IMG/VR virus record: IMGVR_UViG_3300046477_000491 | Location: 1-64,000 of that record | DNA: 64,000 nt | Origin: a virus | Strand: one strand, 5' to 3' | Part shown: positions 45,792-54,763 of the stretch, one piece after another | How positions within the stretch are numbered: the first letter of the stretch is position 1 | Layout of the letters: every line of letters starts with the position of its first letter | Notes under the pieces: model-generated | Seen by the model: the letters and a program-made list of their open reading frames with translations, nothing else | Databases searched by the model: none | Told to the model about the DNA's origin: nothing | Translations under genes and position numbers: made by a program

Positions 45792-46897
45792 CAGGCCGCG
45801 TCCTCCGAGAGCGTCTGGAACGGCTTCTCGTACGTCGGCCGGACCCGCTTCCAGACGTCGGCCGTGATGTCCTTGCCGCCGTAGATACGGAACAGCAGAC
45901 CCGGGTACGGCGTCTCCTGGGCGAGCAGCGCGAACTCCTTGCGGCGCTTCTGTGCGTCCGTCTCCGGCCGCCGCAGGCGCTTGATGATCCAGGCGTAGTC
46001 GTCCATGATCTGGGCCTTCTCGCGGGCGAAGTCGCCCTCCAGGCGGTACACCTGCTGGTGGACCCAGGTGTAGAACTCGTCCGGGACGCGGTCGATCCAG
46101 GAGTCGATGCCCTGCCCGTTGGCCAGCGCGTCCCACACGGAGAGGGTGGAGACGTTCGTCAGGATGCGGTGCAGGCGGACGTACTCGTCGTACTTGAACT
46201 TCACCCGGGTGTCGCTCCAGGGGAAGCGGACGACGAAGCCCTCCAGGTTGGACTCCTGCACGTTGCGCATGTAGTCCAGGACGTCGGGCATCGTCTTGAA
46301 GCCGACCGGCTCGTTGACCGGGCCCGGCCAGTCGTAGGTGCCGAAGGGGAGCGTCTTGCCGGTCGCGGTGTCGATGACGGCGAGGAGGACCAGTTCGTCC
46401 AGGCCCTGGTAGTCCACCACGATGCGGTTGGCCGCGTAGACGATCTCGAAGAGATACGTCAGGCCGAGGATGGGCTCGAACTTCGGGTACCGGCTCTGAA
46501 CGGCTTCCGTGGCGTGCAGCGCCTGGGGGCTGGTGAAGGAGCCCCGCGTGGCGATGCGGAACTCCCCGGTATTAAGCGTGTAGCCGACGCCCAGAGAGCC
46601 GTCCCACTTCACGTACCCCTCGACCGGCTGCGTCAGGAGCGTGGAGTGCAGTTCGGGGACCTGGTCCCAGTTGAAGAACTTCTCGAACGGGCGGGAGACG
46701 ACCTCGTTGGTGACACTGTCGACGATCAGGCCGCGCGTCTTCTTCGTGACGTCGTTCCACATGCCCTCGTACTGGGCCTTGTTCGTGTAGTTGAGGATGG
46801 CCAGCGGAGCGTCGGGGTGGTTCTGCCTGCGGACGTAGCCCTTTTCGAGCATGTCCTTGAGCAGGCTCTGGGACATGATGCTCATGAGGTTGGTCAT
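45791..46897 (-). CDS. RNA ligase (T4 Rnl1-like)
   Basis: 'RGLI...RPFEKFFN', motif I KWDGSL, 'TRGSF', 'FEI', 'EGFVV', 'K.KY.EY'. Confidence 0.9.
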   Translation of the reverse strand: MTNLMSIMSQSLLKDMLEKGYVRRQNHPDAPLAILNYTNKAQYEGMWNDVTKKTRGLIVDSVTNEVVSRPFEKFFNWDQVPELHSTLLTQPVEGYVKWDGSLGVGYTLNTGEFRIATRGSFTSPQALHATEAVQSRYPKFEPILGLTYLFEIVYAANRIVVDYQGLDELVLLAVIDTATGKTLPFGTYDWPGPVNEPVGFKTMPDVLDYMRNVQESNLEGFVVRFPWSDTRVKFKYDEYVRLHRILTNVSTLSVWDALANGQGIDSWIDRVPDEFYTWVHQQVYRLEGDFAREKAQIMDDYAWIIKRLRRPETDAQKRRKEFALLAQETPYPGLLFRIYGGKDITADVWKRVRPTYEKPFQTLSEDAA

Positions 46898-46919
46898 GGA
46901 TCCTCCGAGGTGTGGTGGG

Positions 46920-47147
46920 TCAGAGACGCTGGTCGAGTGCCGTGACCACGCGCTTGGCGAAGGTCTCGTAGAACTCGTCGGGGAGGTGGTCGATGGCGAA
47001 CCACTTCCGGGCCTCAAGGGCGACGATCTCTACGGCCTCGGCGCGCTTCTTGCCCTGCCGCTCCAGCCAGTCCCTCGCGGCGCTGACGTTGGGGATGGCC
47101 AGGTGTCCGAGGTTCAGGGTGGGGCGGTCGTCCTTCGTGGCGGTCAT
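46920..47147 (-). CDS. Hypothetical protein
   Basis: 75 aa ORF in the operon. Confidence 0.55.
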   Translation of the reverse strand: MTATKDDRPTLNLGHLAIPNVSAARDWLERQGKKRAEAVEIVALEARKWFAIDHLPDEFYETFAKRVVTALDQRL

Positions 47148-47149
47148 GT

Positions 47150-47563
47150 TCAGCCCTTCTTCGCGGCCTTCTTGTTCTTGCGCTTGTTCTTGGTCTTCTT
47201 CGCGGCCCGGCGGTCACGCTTGTCGAGGTCGGTCTCGACGTCGCTCAGGGCCTCGTCCAGCTTTTCGATGAAGAGGTAGATGGCGCCCTTGAGGCGGTCG
47301 GCCTTCGCGCGGGCGTTCTCCAGGTCCTTGCGGAGCTGGGCGCGGTCTTCCTCGGTGCCGGTCTGGCCGTAGACGCCGAAGTCGAGGGTCACGCTGCGGG
47401 AGCAGTCCTGGATCTGGAGGGTGGCGCCGAAGTCGAGGTAGTCGTCGCTGCTGTCACCGTCGTTGATCTCCGCGAGCACCGCACCGAGGCCATGGTGTCC
47501 CTGGTTGTTCAGGAACTCGCGGATGTAGAGGCGGCGCTGCTCGTCGGTGGCGGTGGTGCTCAT
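47150..47563 (-). CDS. Hypothetical protein with basic tail
   Basis: GAGGAG RBS; TTGAGA-17-TAGGTT promoter upstream. Confidence 0.65.
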   Translation of the reverse strand: MSTTATDEQRRLYIREFLNNQGHHGLGAVLAEINDGDSSDDYLDFGATLQIQDCSRSVTLDFGVYGQTGTEEDRAQLRKDLENARAKADRLKGAIYLFIEKLDEALSDVETDLDKRDRRAAKKTKNKRKNKKAAKKG

Positions 47564-47765
47564 GCGGTGCTCCTCGGTTCTGCGGTTCTGTGGTGCCGGG
47601 GTGACCCCGACATCGAGAAACCTATAACGAAGAAGACGTAATCTCAAGCCCGTAATCGTGAATCTGTTCAACGTAACCCGTATGACGTGGGTCACACCTC
47701 AAGGGGGTTGCGCACACGTGCAAAAGACCCCCGCCGTAGCAGGGGTCTTCGCAGGTCAGGACAGG

Positions 47766-47876
47766 TCAGTTACCGGACGCCACCAGCAGCGCGTGCCCGA
47801 CGTAGACGGCCGCAGCCGCGTCCAGCAGGAGCGCCACGATCCACACGGCCTCCGGAACATCACGGAACCACTTCAT
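47766..47876 (-). CDS. 36-aa single-TM protein (MKWFRDVPEAVWIVALLLDAAAAVYVGHALLVASGN)
   Basis: Abuts the upstream stop, has an RBS and is followed by a terminator hairpin. Confidence 0.5.
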   Translation of the reverse strand: MKWFRDVPEAVWIVALLLDAAAAVYVGHALLVASGN

Positions 47877-48527
47877 TCAGATCTTCCTCACGTAGTTGAT
47901 GAAGTCCTGGAGCCGGTCCGTACGCGGCTGCGCCGGAAGGATGCCGACCCGGTCGTTGAAGACGTCGAACGCCTTCCAGAACTCGGCCTCGATCTGCTCG
48001 CCCGACATCTCGTCGAACGCCCAGTAGAAGTCCGGGTCCGGCACACGGACGGTCAGCGTCCCGAACTCCAGCAGTTGCTGGCCCTGCCGCAGCAGCCGGA
48101 AGCAGTGCCGGGCGTGCTTGGCCACACGCTTCTGCCTGGCCTCGTTGGCCAGCTCCTGCTTGATCCGCTTGATCTGCCCCATGGCGTACCCGCCGTACGC
48201 GGAGCGCACGTAGCCCTCGGACAGGAAGTCCTCGCGGATGTCGACCAGCCACTCCCCCTCCCAGGACTGCTCCTCGTACTCCTCCAGGTACATCAGGTCC
48301 ATGATCGTCGGGTTGCACTTCAGCGCGAGGTTCACGTACTTGCCGACCTCGTGCAGGGTGACGTCCGGAGCCGTGGTCACCAGCGAGTCCTGATGCTGGG
48401 AACCGATACGGAAGAACTCCGGAGTGGGACGGATGAAGATGCCGAGCCGGTCGGTGTCCGAGCCGGGCCGGGCGAGGCCGAAGGCAGTGCTGCCCACGAC
48501 CCCGCTCAGCAGGATGTTGGTCCCCAT
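47877..48527 (-). CDS. Pol-beta superfamily nucleotidyltransferase (YcgL-like)
   Basis: 'GSTAFGLA.PGSDTD..G' GS-DxD motif, 'NPT', 'KHARH..RLL'. Confidence 0.85.
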   Translation of the reverse strand: MGTNILLSGVVGSTAFGLARPGSDTDRLGIFIRPTPEFFRIGSQHQDSLVTTAPDVTLHEVGKYVNLALKCNPTIMDLMYLEEYEEQSWEGEWLVDIREDFLSEGYVRSAYGGYAMGQIKRIKQELANEARQKRVAKHARHCFRLLRQGQQLLEFGTLTVRVPDPDFYWAFDEMSGEQIEAEFWKAFDVFNDRVGILPAQPRTDRLQDFINYVRKI

Positions 48528-48982
48528 CAGAACCAGTAGTCCTCGGACGGGTCGTTGTCGCGGCCGTCCTCCTCGTAGCGCTCGGCCGCCTCCTCGTACG
48601 TCGCCAGGGCCTCCTCGACAGACCGGCCCCACGTCATACCGGCGTCCTGCTCGGACTGCACGATCTCCAGCAGCGCCCGCGTCTCGTTGTCGGCCTTGAC
48701 GAACTCCGTGTCGATCAGCGTCCCCGCCGAGGCGTACACGTTCTTGTCCTGGGCGAACATGTCGTCGTACGTGACGCCCTTATAGGCCAGCACCTGGCCG
48801 ACGATGCACGACGGCGCCTTCGTGGCCGGGTCGAAGTACGCACACAGCGCTGCATCGTCGATGGTGAGCATCCTGTACACGTGGTCGGCGCCCCGCTCCT
48901 CGACCGCGCGGGCCAGCAGCGTCTTCGCCTCGTCCAAGGTGATCTCGACGGCCTCGTGGGAGGCCGGGGTATTAAGCGTCAT
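48527..48982 (-). CDS. Hypothetical protein
   Basis: 'CAY......PSCIVG..L', 'Q..QD.G.TWG' actinophage-type pattern. Confidence 0.7.
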   Translation of the reverse strand: MTLNTPASHEAVEITLDEAKTLLARAVEERGADHVYRMLTIDDAALCAYFDPATKAPSCIVGQVLAYKGVTYDDMFAQDKNVYASAGTLIDTEFVKADNETRALLEIVQSEQDAGMTWGRSVEEALATYEEAAERYEEDGRDNDPSEDYWF

Positions 48983-48994
48983 GGTGGTGCCCTT

Positions 48995-49123
48995 TCAGGA
49001 GCAGTCGAACTCGAAGCCCTCGTCGGGCTCGGTGGTGATGGTCTCGTCCAGCAGGACGCCGTTGACGAAGATGACGTCCCCGACGTCGATACCGACGTGT
49101 TCCAGGAGGGAGCGGATGCTCAC
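48995..49123 (-). CDS. Small acidic protein
   Basis: GGAGG RBS, GTGA overlap. Confidence 0.45.
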   Translation of the reverse strand: MSIRSLLEHVGIDVGDVIFVNGVLLDETITTEPDEGFEFDCS

Positions 49124-49356
49124 AGTCCCAGTACCTCCTTCAGGCGCGTTGCGAACTCGTTGACGGTCTCCTCGCGGAGCCGGTCCTCGTGCATGCGGTA
49201 GTCGCTCTCGTCGTCGCCCTTGCGCTCCAGGAGCACGACGTCGCCGATCGAGATGGTGCAGGTGAACTCGCGGTAGCCGGTCCATCCGGCGCTCTTCCAG
49301 GTCTCCGTGGTGACGACCTGTATCAGCGGAATCGGTATCTCGATGGAGTCGGACAC
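49120..49356 (-). CDS. Hypothetical protein
   Basis: GGAGG RBS. Confidence 0.55.
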   Translation of the reverse strand: MSDSIEIPIPLIQVVTTETWKSAGWTGYREFTCTISIGDVVLLERKGDDESDYRMHEDRLREETVNEFATRLKEVLGL

Positions 49357-49405
49357 AGGTCCTCCAGGGTGAGGCGGGGCCCGGCGGACCAGGCCCCGCG
49401 AGCGG

Positions 49406-50092
49406 TCACACAGAAGCGGGGTCGAACAGGTTGCGTCCCTCGCCGTCCTTCGAGACAGGGGTGAGCTTGCCCCGGTCGACCCACGTGCTGATCGTGCTGG
49501 GCTTCACCTCCAGCAGCTCGGCCAACTGCCTGGCCGTGACCAGGGTGACCTCACTGCTGTCTCGCCGCTGTCTCAGCACCCCGGCCAGCCGGTGGAACGT
49601 CAGCGCGGCCAGGTGCGTACCCAGCGCGATGCAGATCGTCGGAGCGGCCGAGGCCAGGATCACGTGCCCCCACGTCGTCTTCGCGGACTGCCCGGTGACG
49701 TGCGCGTACGCAGAGCCGTGGGCGACGTTGAGAACGAGTGAGACAGCGGTGAGACCGACCACCGTGCCGATCGCCCACCGGTATCCCGGGGAGCCGACCA
49801 GCGCCAGCGAGGCGACCACACCCAGACCGTCCAGCCCGTCGATGACCAGGGGGTAGTACTCCCTGACCTCGTGCAGGCCGATGCCGTCTGCGGTGTCTCG
49901 AAGGGGAACCCAGCTCACCCGCATACCGACCAGCGCCACGAACGCCAGCGCCACCAGGATCAGAGTGAACCCGATGACCAGACCGGTCGCATGCAGGCCG
50001 TTGAACGGCTGAGACGGGGGCGAGACAGGGTCTGTCTCAGTCTTGCTCGCGCGACTCTCGCGCCAGCTCTGGATAGGCTTGGTCAGTCCCAT
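49406..50092 (-). CDS. DUF2637/SpdA-like membrane protein with C-terminal MerR-type HTH
   Basis: Four hydrophobic helices with 'SW..LRD.A...YPLVIDG', then 'TARQLAELLEVKPSTISTWV.RGKL'. Confidence 0.7.
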   Translation of the reverse strand: MGLTKPIQSWRESRASKTETDPVSPPSQPFNGLHATGLVIGFTLILVALAFVALVGMRVSWVPLRDTADGIGLHEVREYYPLVIDGLDGLGVVASLALVGSPGYRWAIGTVVGLTAVSLVLNVAHGSAYAHVTGQSAKTTWGHVILASAAPTICIALGTHLAALTFHRLAGVLRQRRDSSEVTLVTARQLAELLEVKPSTISTWVDRGKLTPVSKDGEGRNLFDPASV

Positions 50093-50263
50093 GGAGAGTG
50101 CACACCTCTCGTTGGTGGGACAGGCGTCCGGTGGACTCATCCTCCGCCGGGCGCCCGAATACCCATCTAGGTATTAAGCCGGACCACCGTCTTCTCCTCC
50201 CTGTCTCAGGCCGGGACAGCTCCCGGTAGCGGTTGAGTATGCGTCGCTCGAAGTCGTTCAGGC

Positions 50264-50626
50264 TCAGCGGCCGACGACCTCCGCCCGTATCGCGTTGCCG
50301 GACGACGGGTGGATCGCGACGCTGCTGCTGGCGTGGACCTCCAGGCGCCGGTCCTCCTCCAGGCGCACCAGGAAGTAGGACCAGAACTTCTCGCCCGGCG
50401 CCTTCCAGCGGAACTCGACGGTCGGGTTGCCGTGCAGGTGCCGACGGTTCGCGCTGTAGGGGTCGATGCGGACCGTGGCGTCCTCGGGCCCCTCGTTCAG
50501 CAGCTCGCGGGCCGTAGCCAGCTCCTGCTCCAGGCGCGCAATCTTCTCGTCCTTCGCGCGGACGCGGTCCTTGACCCACTTCGGCAGGCGCTCGAACCTC
50601 GGGTCCTCCGTCATCGGTGTGTTCAC
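50264..50626 (-). CDS. Hypothetical protein
   Basis: 'RLPKWV...I..LE' start; coupled to the upstream gene. Confidence 0.6.
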   Translation of the reverse strand: MNTPMTEDPRFERLPKWVKDRVRAKDEKIARLEQELATARELLNEGPEDATVRIDPYSANRRHLHGNPTVEFRWKAPGEKFWSYFLVRLEEDRRLEVHASSSVAIHPSSGNAIRAEVVGR

Positions 50627-50952
50627 CAGGTACCACCCTTCTTGGCCTTCTCCCAGGCCGACTTGGACACGCACACGTGCCCGGTCTTCTTGCCGTCGCG
50701 GAGGTCGAGGCGCCAGCACTCCGGGTCCGTCTGCGAGATGGGGATGTACATCGAGATCGTCGAGTAGCAGACCCTCGACGAGCCGGATCCCGAGCACTGC
50801 GTCGTGTAGATCGGCTGCATGTACGTGTAGGTGTCTTCCGGTACGTACCGCTTGCCGGTGATCGTGCCGTGGTCGAGATCCGACCCACAGCCGGTGAGGA
50901 CGAGCGCCCCCACGAGCGCGGCCGAAGCCGCGTAGGTATTAAGCCGCTTCAC
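50623..50952 (-). CDS. Putative lipoprotein
   Basis: Signal peptide with LTGC lipobox. Confidence 0.7.
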   Translation of the reverse strand: MKRLNTYAASAALVGALVLTGCGSDLDHGTITGKRYVPEDTYTYMQPIYTTQCSGSGSSRVCYSTISMYIPISQTDPECWRLDLRDGKKTGHVCVSKSAWEKAKKGGTW

Positions 50953-51051
50953 GAGTTCCCCTTCTTCATTACGGCTTTGGAAGCCGTAATCTACCGGATC
51001 CGGCCCGGCCCGTCGACCCCTATCAGCCGACGGACCGGACCGAAGATGCAG

Positions 51052-51579
51052 CTAGCTCCGCGCGGGCCAGCGGTAGGCCGACAGGAGGTTGTCGGAGCCG
51101 ACGCTCCAGTGCTCGTCCTCGTCGTAGCCGGGCAGCTTGCTGATCGCCCTCCGGCGCAGCGCGTCCACGAAGTTGAACGCCTCGGACTGCTCCCACTCGG
51201 GGTGCTCGCACGCCTGGTAGGTGAAGCCGTCGAGAGCCTTGAGCACCGACACCGGGTTCGGGACGCCGGGCAGGACCTTGAAGAGGTAGGGCTGCTCCCA
51301 CTCCTCCTCGGCGTACCGGTGGTCGACCGACCGGCGGTTCTCCGCGAGGAGCATGGCCCCCACGTAGCCCGCGTTCTCCCGGGTCAGGTGTCGCACGATC
51401 TTGCCGTACATCTCGTGCGCCTCCGGCCCCCAGGGCTGGCCCGCCGAGTACACCCGGCCCTTCTCCTCGGCCGTCAACTCACGCACCTGCCAGCGCAGCT
51501 TGCTGCCGAACGACACGTAGGACAGGCCCGCGTTGACCAGAAGGTGGATGTGCTCGTCGTCGACCATGTTCGCGCTCAC
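51052..51579 (-). CDS. Hypothetical protein
   Basis: 'EN.RSV..RY', 'YQACEHPEW..SEA' pattern; TTGACG-17-TAGATT promoter upstream. Confidence 0.7.
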   Translation of the reverse strand: MSANMVDDEHIHLLVNAGLSYVSFGSKLRWQVRELTAEEKGRVYSAGQPWGPEAHEMYGKIVRHLTRENAGYVGAMLLAENRRSVDHRYAEEEWEQPYLFKVLPGVPNPVSVLKALDGFTYQACEHPEWEQSEAFNFVDALRRRAISKLPGYDEDEHWSVGSDNLLSAYRWPARS

Positions 51580-51746
51580 ATGACCCCTCACGCTTTCTTT
51601 ACGGCTTCGTACTTACGGCTTCCGAAGCAGTAATGAGAATCTATCGGAGCTACTACGCCTCGTCAACCCGTTTAGCCAAACAGCTTTCCAAGCATGAAGA
51701 AGGCCCCCACCCGGTCACCCAGGCAGGGGCCTACAACAGCCGTACG

Positions 51747-52253
51747 TCAGGAATCGAGGTCGTGCGCCCGTTCCTGCTTGAGGCCCGCCACGGTCTCCTC
51801 GTAGTGGAACACCGCGACCGTCTCGAAGCAGCCCGTCCACAGCGCCAGCATGGTCTCGGGAAGGTGCGGGCCCTCCCCCTTGGAAGCCCACACAGCCCAC
51901 CGCTTGGTAGGTGCGTTGAAGTCGCCGTCCAGGGAGTTCCACTCGATCTCGTGCTCGGCCAGCGCGGCCGTGAACACCCCGACGTTCTTCGCCAGCAACC
52001 GGGCCAGCAGCTCGGAGTCGTTCTGCGGTCCCGGGAAACCGGCCCACATGCCCGTCAGCGTCTGGATGTCGAAGACCAGGTCACAGGGCTTCGGGCTGAA
52101 CGTCACCGTCTTGTACGTGGCGAAGTGCTCGTCGACACCGTGGTCGAGCGGCGACCCGCCCCCGTAGTCGAAGATGTACCGCTTGAAGATGTCCCGCACC
52201 AGGAACGGGTCGCTCGGGACGTCCCCATCGTAGTAGCTGGGCCCCTCACCCAT
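51747..52253 (-). CDS. Hypothetical protein
   Basis: Good codon bias; terminator downstream. Confidence 0.6.
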   Translation of the reverse strand: MGEGPSYYDGDVPSDPFLVRDIFKRYIFDYGGGSPLDHGVDEHFATYKTVTFSPKPCDLVFDIQTLTGMWAGFPGPQNDSELLARLLAKNVGVFTAALAEHEIEWNSLDGDFNAPTKRWAVWASKGEGPHLPETMLALWTGCFETVAVFHYEETVAGLKQERAHDLDS

Positions 52254-52623
52254 ACGCCTGCACACACTCCAGTTTGATCGACGGGGCGTACGCGGCCACC
52301 GCGTCAGTCCCCGTGTCGTACGCACCCTTCGCCAGGTCCGTAACCCCCATGTCCGAGTACGTCTTGTAGATGTCCCACATCGGCGTGCCCTGGGCCTTGA
52401 CGCCGAACTCGGCGAACTGCGACTCGTTCTCCGACCCGGACGGCTCCCCCTGTGCCACCCTCAGCGTCAGGTCCACCGCCTTGATCACCTCGACGAAGCA
52501 GGTCTTCGACTCCTCGCTGTCCCCCTGCTTGGACGCGCTCGGCTTCGCAGACCCCTCCGAGCCCCCACCGCACCCGGCGACCGCGAACAGCACAACCACA
52601 GCCGCCAGGACTCTCTTGCTCAT
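52246..52623 (-). CDS. Putative lipoprotein
   Basis: 'MSKRVLAAVVVLFAVAGC' lipobox. Confidence 0.7.
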   Translation of the reverse strand: MSKRVLAAVVVLFAVAGCGGGSEGSAKPSASKQGDSEESKTCFVEVIKAVDLTLRVAQGEPSGSENESQFAEFGVKAQGTPMWDIYKTYSDMGVTDLAKGAYDTGTDAVAAYAPSIKLECVQAYG

Positions 52624-52699
52624 AACGCCCCCCATGTCTGTTAACCCCATCCCACTAGTGCCTGCACCGCCTTGTTCAGCGCTCTCTACGCGTACGACG

Positions 52700-53035
52700 T
52701 CAGGCAGGGATGCGCGTGATCATGATCTGCGGAGTGTCGTTGAGGCCGACCTCCAGCTCCGCCGTGTACCCCATGCTGAGCAGCACCTCGTGGATCGCGG
52801 TCATGTTCGCGATGCGCATCGCGGCGTCGTCGAGGGGCCTGGACCCCGCCTCCCCGGCGTTCTCACCGTCGTCCGGCTCCGACCACAACACGCCCGCGTA
52901 GCCCAGGCCGTTATAGAGGAAGACCTTCCAGCCGGGCGCGGCAGGTTTGTCCTCGTTCGTATGGGGCGCCCGCGCCCAGCCGTGCGGCGCCAGATCGAGC
53001 GCGAGCCGCTCCTCTAGGTCCTTCTGCTCTATCAC
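52700..53035 (-). CDS. Hypothetical protein
   Basis: GGGGAG RBS, in operon. Confidence 0.55.
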   Translation of the reverse strand: MIEQKDLEERLALDLAPHGWARAPHTNEDKPAAPGWKVFLYNGLGYAGVLWSEPDDGENAGEAGSRPLDDAAMRIANMTAIHEVLLSMGYTAELEVGLNDTPQIMITRIPA

Positions 53036-53036
53036 G

Positions 53037-53474
53037 TCAGTTCTCCCCCACCAGCTTCTGCACAGCCTTGTCCAGCGCCCGCTGCGCCGCACGCTTACCG
53101 CCCTCGACGTTCGCGACGTCCACGTCCGTCTTGCCGAACGGACCGAGGTGCACGGAGTAGTGGCAACGCCCCCCGTGCTCGGCGCTGTGGTGCACTACGG
53201 AGGCCGCCAGCTCGCCGCCGACCGTACCCTCCCAGCGCTCACCCCTCGCGTACGAGCGGTCCTGCCACCACTCCAGGCGCTGCGCCTTGACCGGCGGGGT
53301 GGGGTCCGGCTCGTAGTCCTCCGAGGTGATGTCCACGCGCACCACCCCGACGCGGCTGGACATCAGGTTGCGGACGGCCTGCGCCCCCTCCTCCGGGCTG
53401 TGCGCGTCGGTGTCGTACCAGGGCAGCTTCCGCTGGCCCGGCTTCTTGGGCTCGTAGACCCGCAAATTCCACAC
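53037..53474 (-). CDS. Hypothetical protein
   Basis: AAGGAG RBS, in operon. Confidence 0.6.
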   Translation of the reverse strand: MWNLRVYEPKKPGQRKLPWYDTDAHSPEEGAQAVRNLMSSRVGVVRVDITSEDYEPDPTPPVKAQRLEWWQDRSYARGERWEGTVGGELAASVVHHSAEHGGRCHYSVHLGPFGKTDVDVANVEGGKRAAQRALDKAVQKLVGEN

Positions 53475-53475
53475 G

Positions 53476-54111
53476 TCAGTGCTCCTTCGTCGCCAGCTCG
53501 GCCGCGCGCTTGTCGAGCTGCTTCTCCAACTCGTCAGCGGCCACCCCCAGCGTCATCCACATCAGGTCCTTGTCGAGGCGCAACTCGGTGGTCTCTTCCG
53601 CCACCCTGCGCGCCGCATCGGATCCCGCCCGCAACTGCCGGATCGCCCACTCCGTGCCGTCCAGGTTCTCCCGCATCAGAAGCACACGGAGCGCGGAGTC
53701 GAACTGCGACCGCTGCACACTGACCTCCTTGACCGGCGCGGCCGGGGCCGGTGGAGCCTGCACAGCCTCGGCCGCCTGCGTACGGCCGCTCAGGCGCCGG
53801 GGGATCTCCTTCTCCAGAAGGGCTACCACCCAGCCGGGCCCCTCGAAGTCCTTGTCCAGCGGGCCCGAGTACATACGCTCGGCCCAGCGCCCGCCGACCG
53901 CGTTGTCCTTCCGGTACAGACGCCCCTTCACAACGACCGTGCCGACCTCCCACTGTCCGTCCTCCGGGAGGACACTGACCCACACTTGGAGGGGGTTAAT
54001 CGTCTGTGAGGAATTGACCTCCAGGCGCTCGCCCTCCTCCGGCTCCAGGGGCAACCACATGGTGATCGTGCCCTCGACCGTGAACTCGCCGTCTTCCTTC
54101 AGCTTGGCCAT
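53476..54111 (-). CDS. Hypothetical protein
   Basis: GGAGG RBS. Confidence 0.6.
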   Translation of the reverse strand: MAKLKEDGEFTVEGTITMWLPLEPEEGERLEVNSSQTINPLQVWVSVLPEDGQWEVGTVVVKGRLYRKDNAVGGRWAERMYSGPLDKDFEGPGWVVALLEKEIPRRLSGRTQAAEAVQAPPAPAAPVKEVSVQRSQFDSALRVLLMRENLDGTEWAIRQLRAGSDAARRVAEETTELRLDKDLMWMTLGVAADELEKQLDKRAAELATKEH

Positions 54112-54162
54112 GTTCCAAACCCTCCCCGCGCTTTTTAAATGATCGAAATTGGGCCGGTAAGC

Positions 54163-54450
54163 CTACTCGGCGCTCTGCGCCTGCCCGGCATTTTCCAGCA
54201 CCTTCACCTTGTCGATGTAGTGCCCGCTCTTGTTCCAGCGGCCGGTGCTCTTGGACACGTAGTGGAGTTGCAGGCGCTCGGTCCAGCCGATGTACTCGTC
54301 GCGCCGCCAGTCGAACTCCGAGGCCGCCCACTCCTCCTTCTTCTCTGCCGTCCGCTTGAGCAGTTCCAGGTCCGTGCTCACGGCCTCCGGCCCCACGCTC
54401 ATGGCCAGGACGTACACCTCGGCGCTCCGCGCCTCCGCCGAACTGCTCAT
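54163..54450 (-). CDS. Hypothetical protein
   Basis: GGGAG RBS; promoter at 54488-54516. Confidence 0.6.
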   Translation of the reverse strand: MSSSAEARSAEVYVLAMSVGPEAVSTDLELLKRTAEKKEEWAASEFDWRRDEYIGWTERLQLHYVSKSTGRWNKSGHYIDKVKVLENAGQAQSAE

Positions 54451-54487
54451 CGTCAACTCCCTCTCCGCCGTTCTCAATTACGGGTTA

Positions 54488-54516
54488 ACTCTATGGGCCA
54501 CACTCCGCCCTGTCAA
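54488..54516 (-). promoter_or_regulatory. sigma70/HrdB-type promoter
   Basis: TTGACA-17-TAGAGT. Confidence 0.75.
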
Positions 54517-54574
54517 GCTGTTTCGTCAACCCAGTTGCGTTGCCGGAATCTCTAAGTCCGTTTAGCTTGAATAC

Positions 54575-54763
54575 ATGCGAAACCTGCGTGATGCACTCAT
54601 GTGGCGCGGTACCCGAGCCGCTGCACTCGACGAGGCCAAGAAGCTGACGATCACCGCCCGCCGCATGGGCTACGACGCCGTGGTGCACGGCACCCTCCGC
54701 AGGTACGGCAACGCTACCTACGAGGAGCGTCCTTACGGCGTCTTCCTCGAACCCCGCCCATAA
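54575..54763 (+). CDS. Small hypothetical protein, possibly leaderless
   Basis: TAGCTT -10 element 6 nt before the ATG; long terminator hairpin at 54766-54825. Confidence 0.55.
   Translation: MRNLRDALMWRGTRAAALDEAKKLTITARRMGYDAVVHGTLRRYGNATYEERPYGVFLEPRP

Larger units (their letters stand above)
6147..50943. repeat. Dispersed 9-mer CTTAATACC (GGTATTAAG on +), 16 exact copies
   Basis: GGTATTAAG at 6147, 8871, 9043, 12969, 14564, 17245, 20373, 37798, 38560, 39878, 45109, 46568, 48968, 50170 and 50935; CTTAATACC at 28390. Confidence 0.95.

Noticed and set aside
50037-50888. ORF that would read the 9-mer as TTA-ATA (bldA-dependent codon)
   Set aside because: The frame overlaps two better-supported genes and has poor codon usage.
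6147-50943. CTTAATAC as a T7-like RNA polymerase promoter core
   Set aside because: No conservation beyond the 9-mer (no GACTCACTATA) and no single-subunit RNA polymerase in the window.
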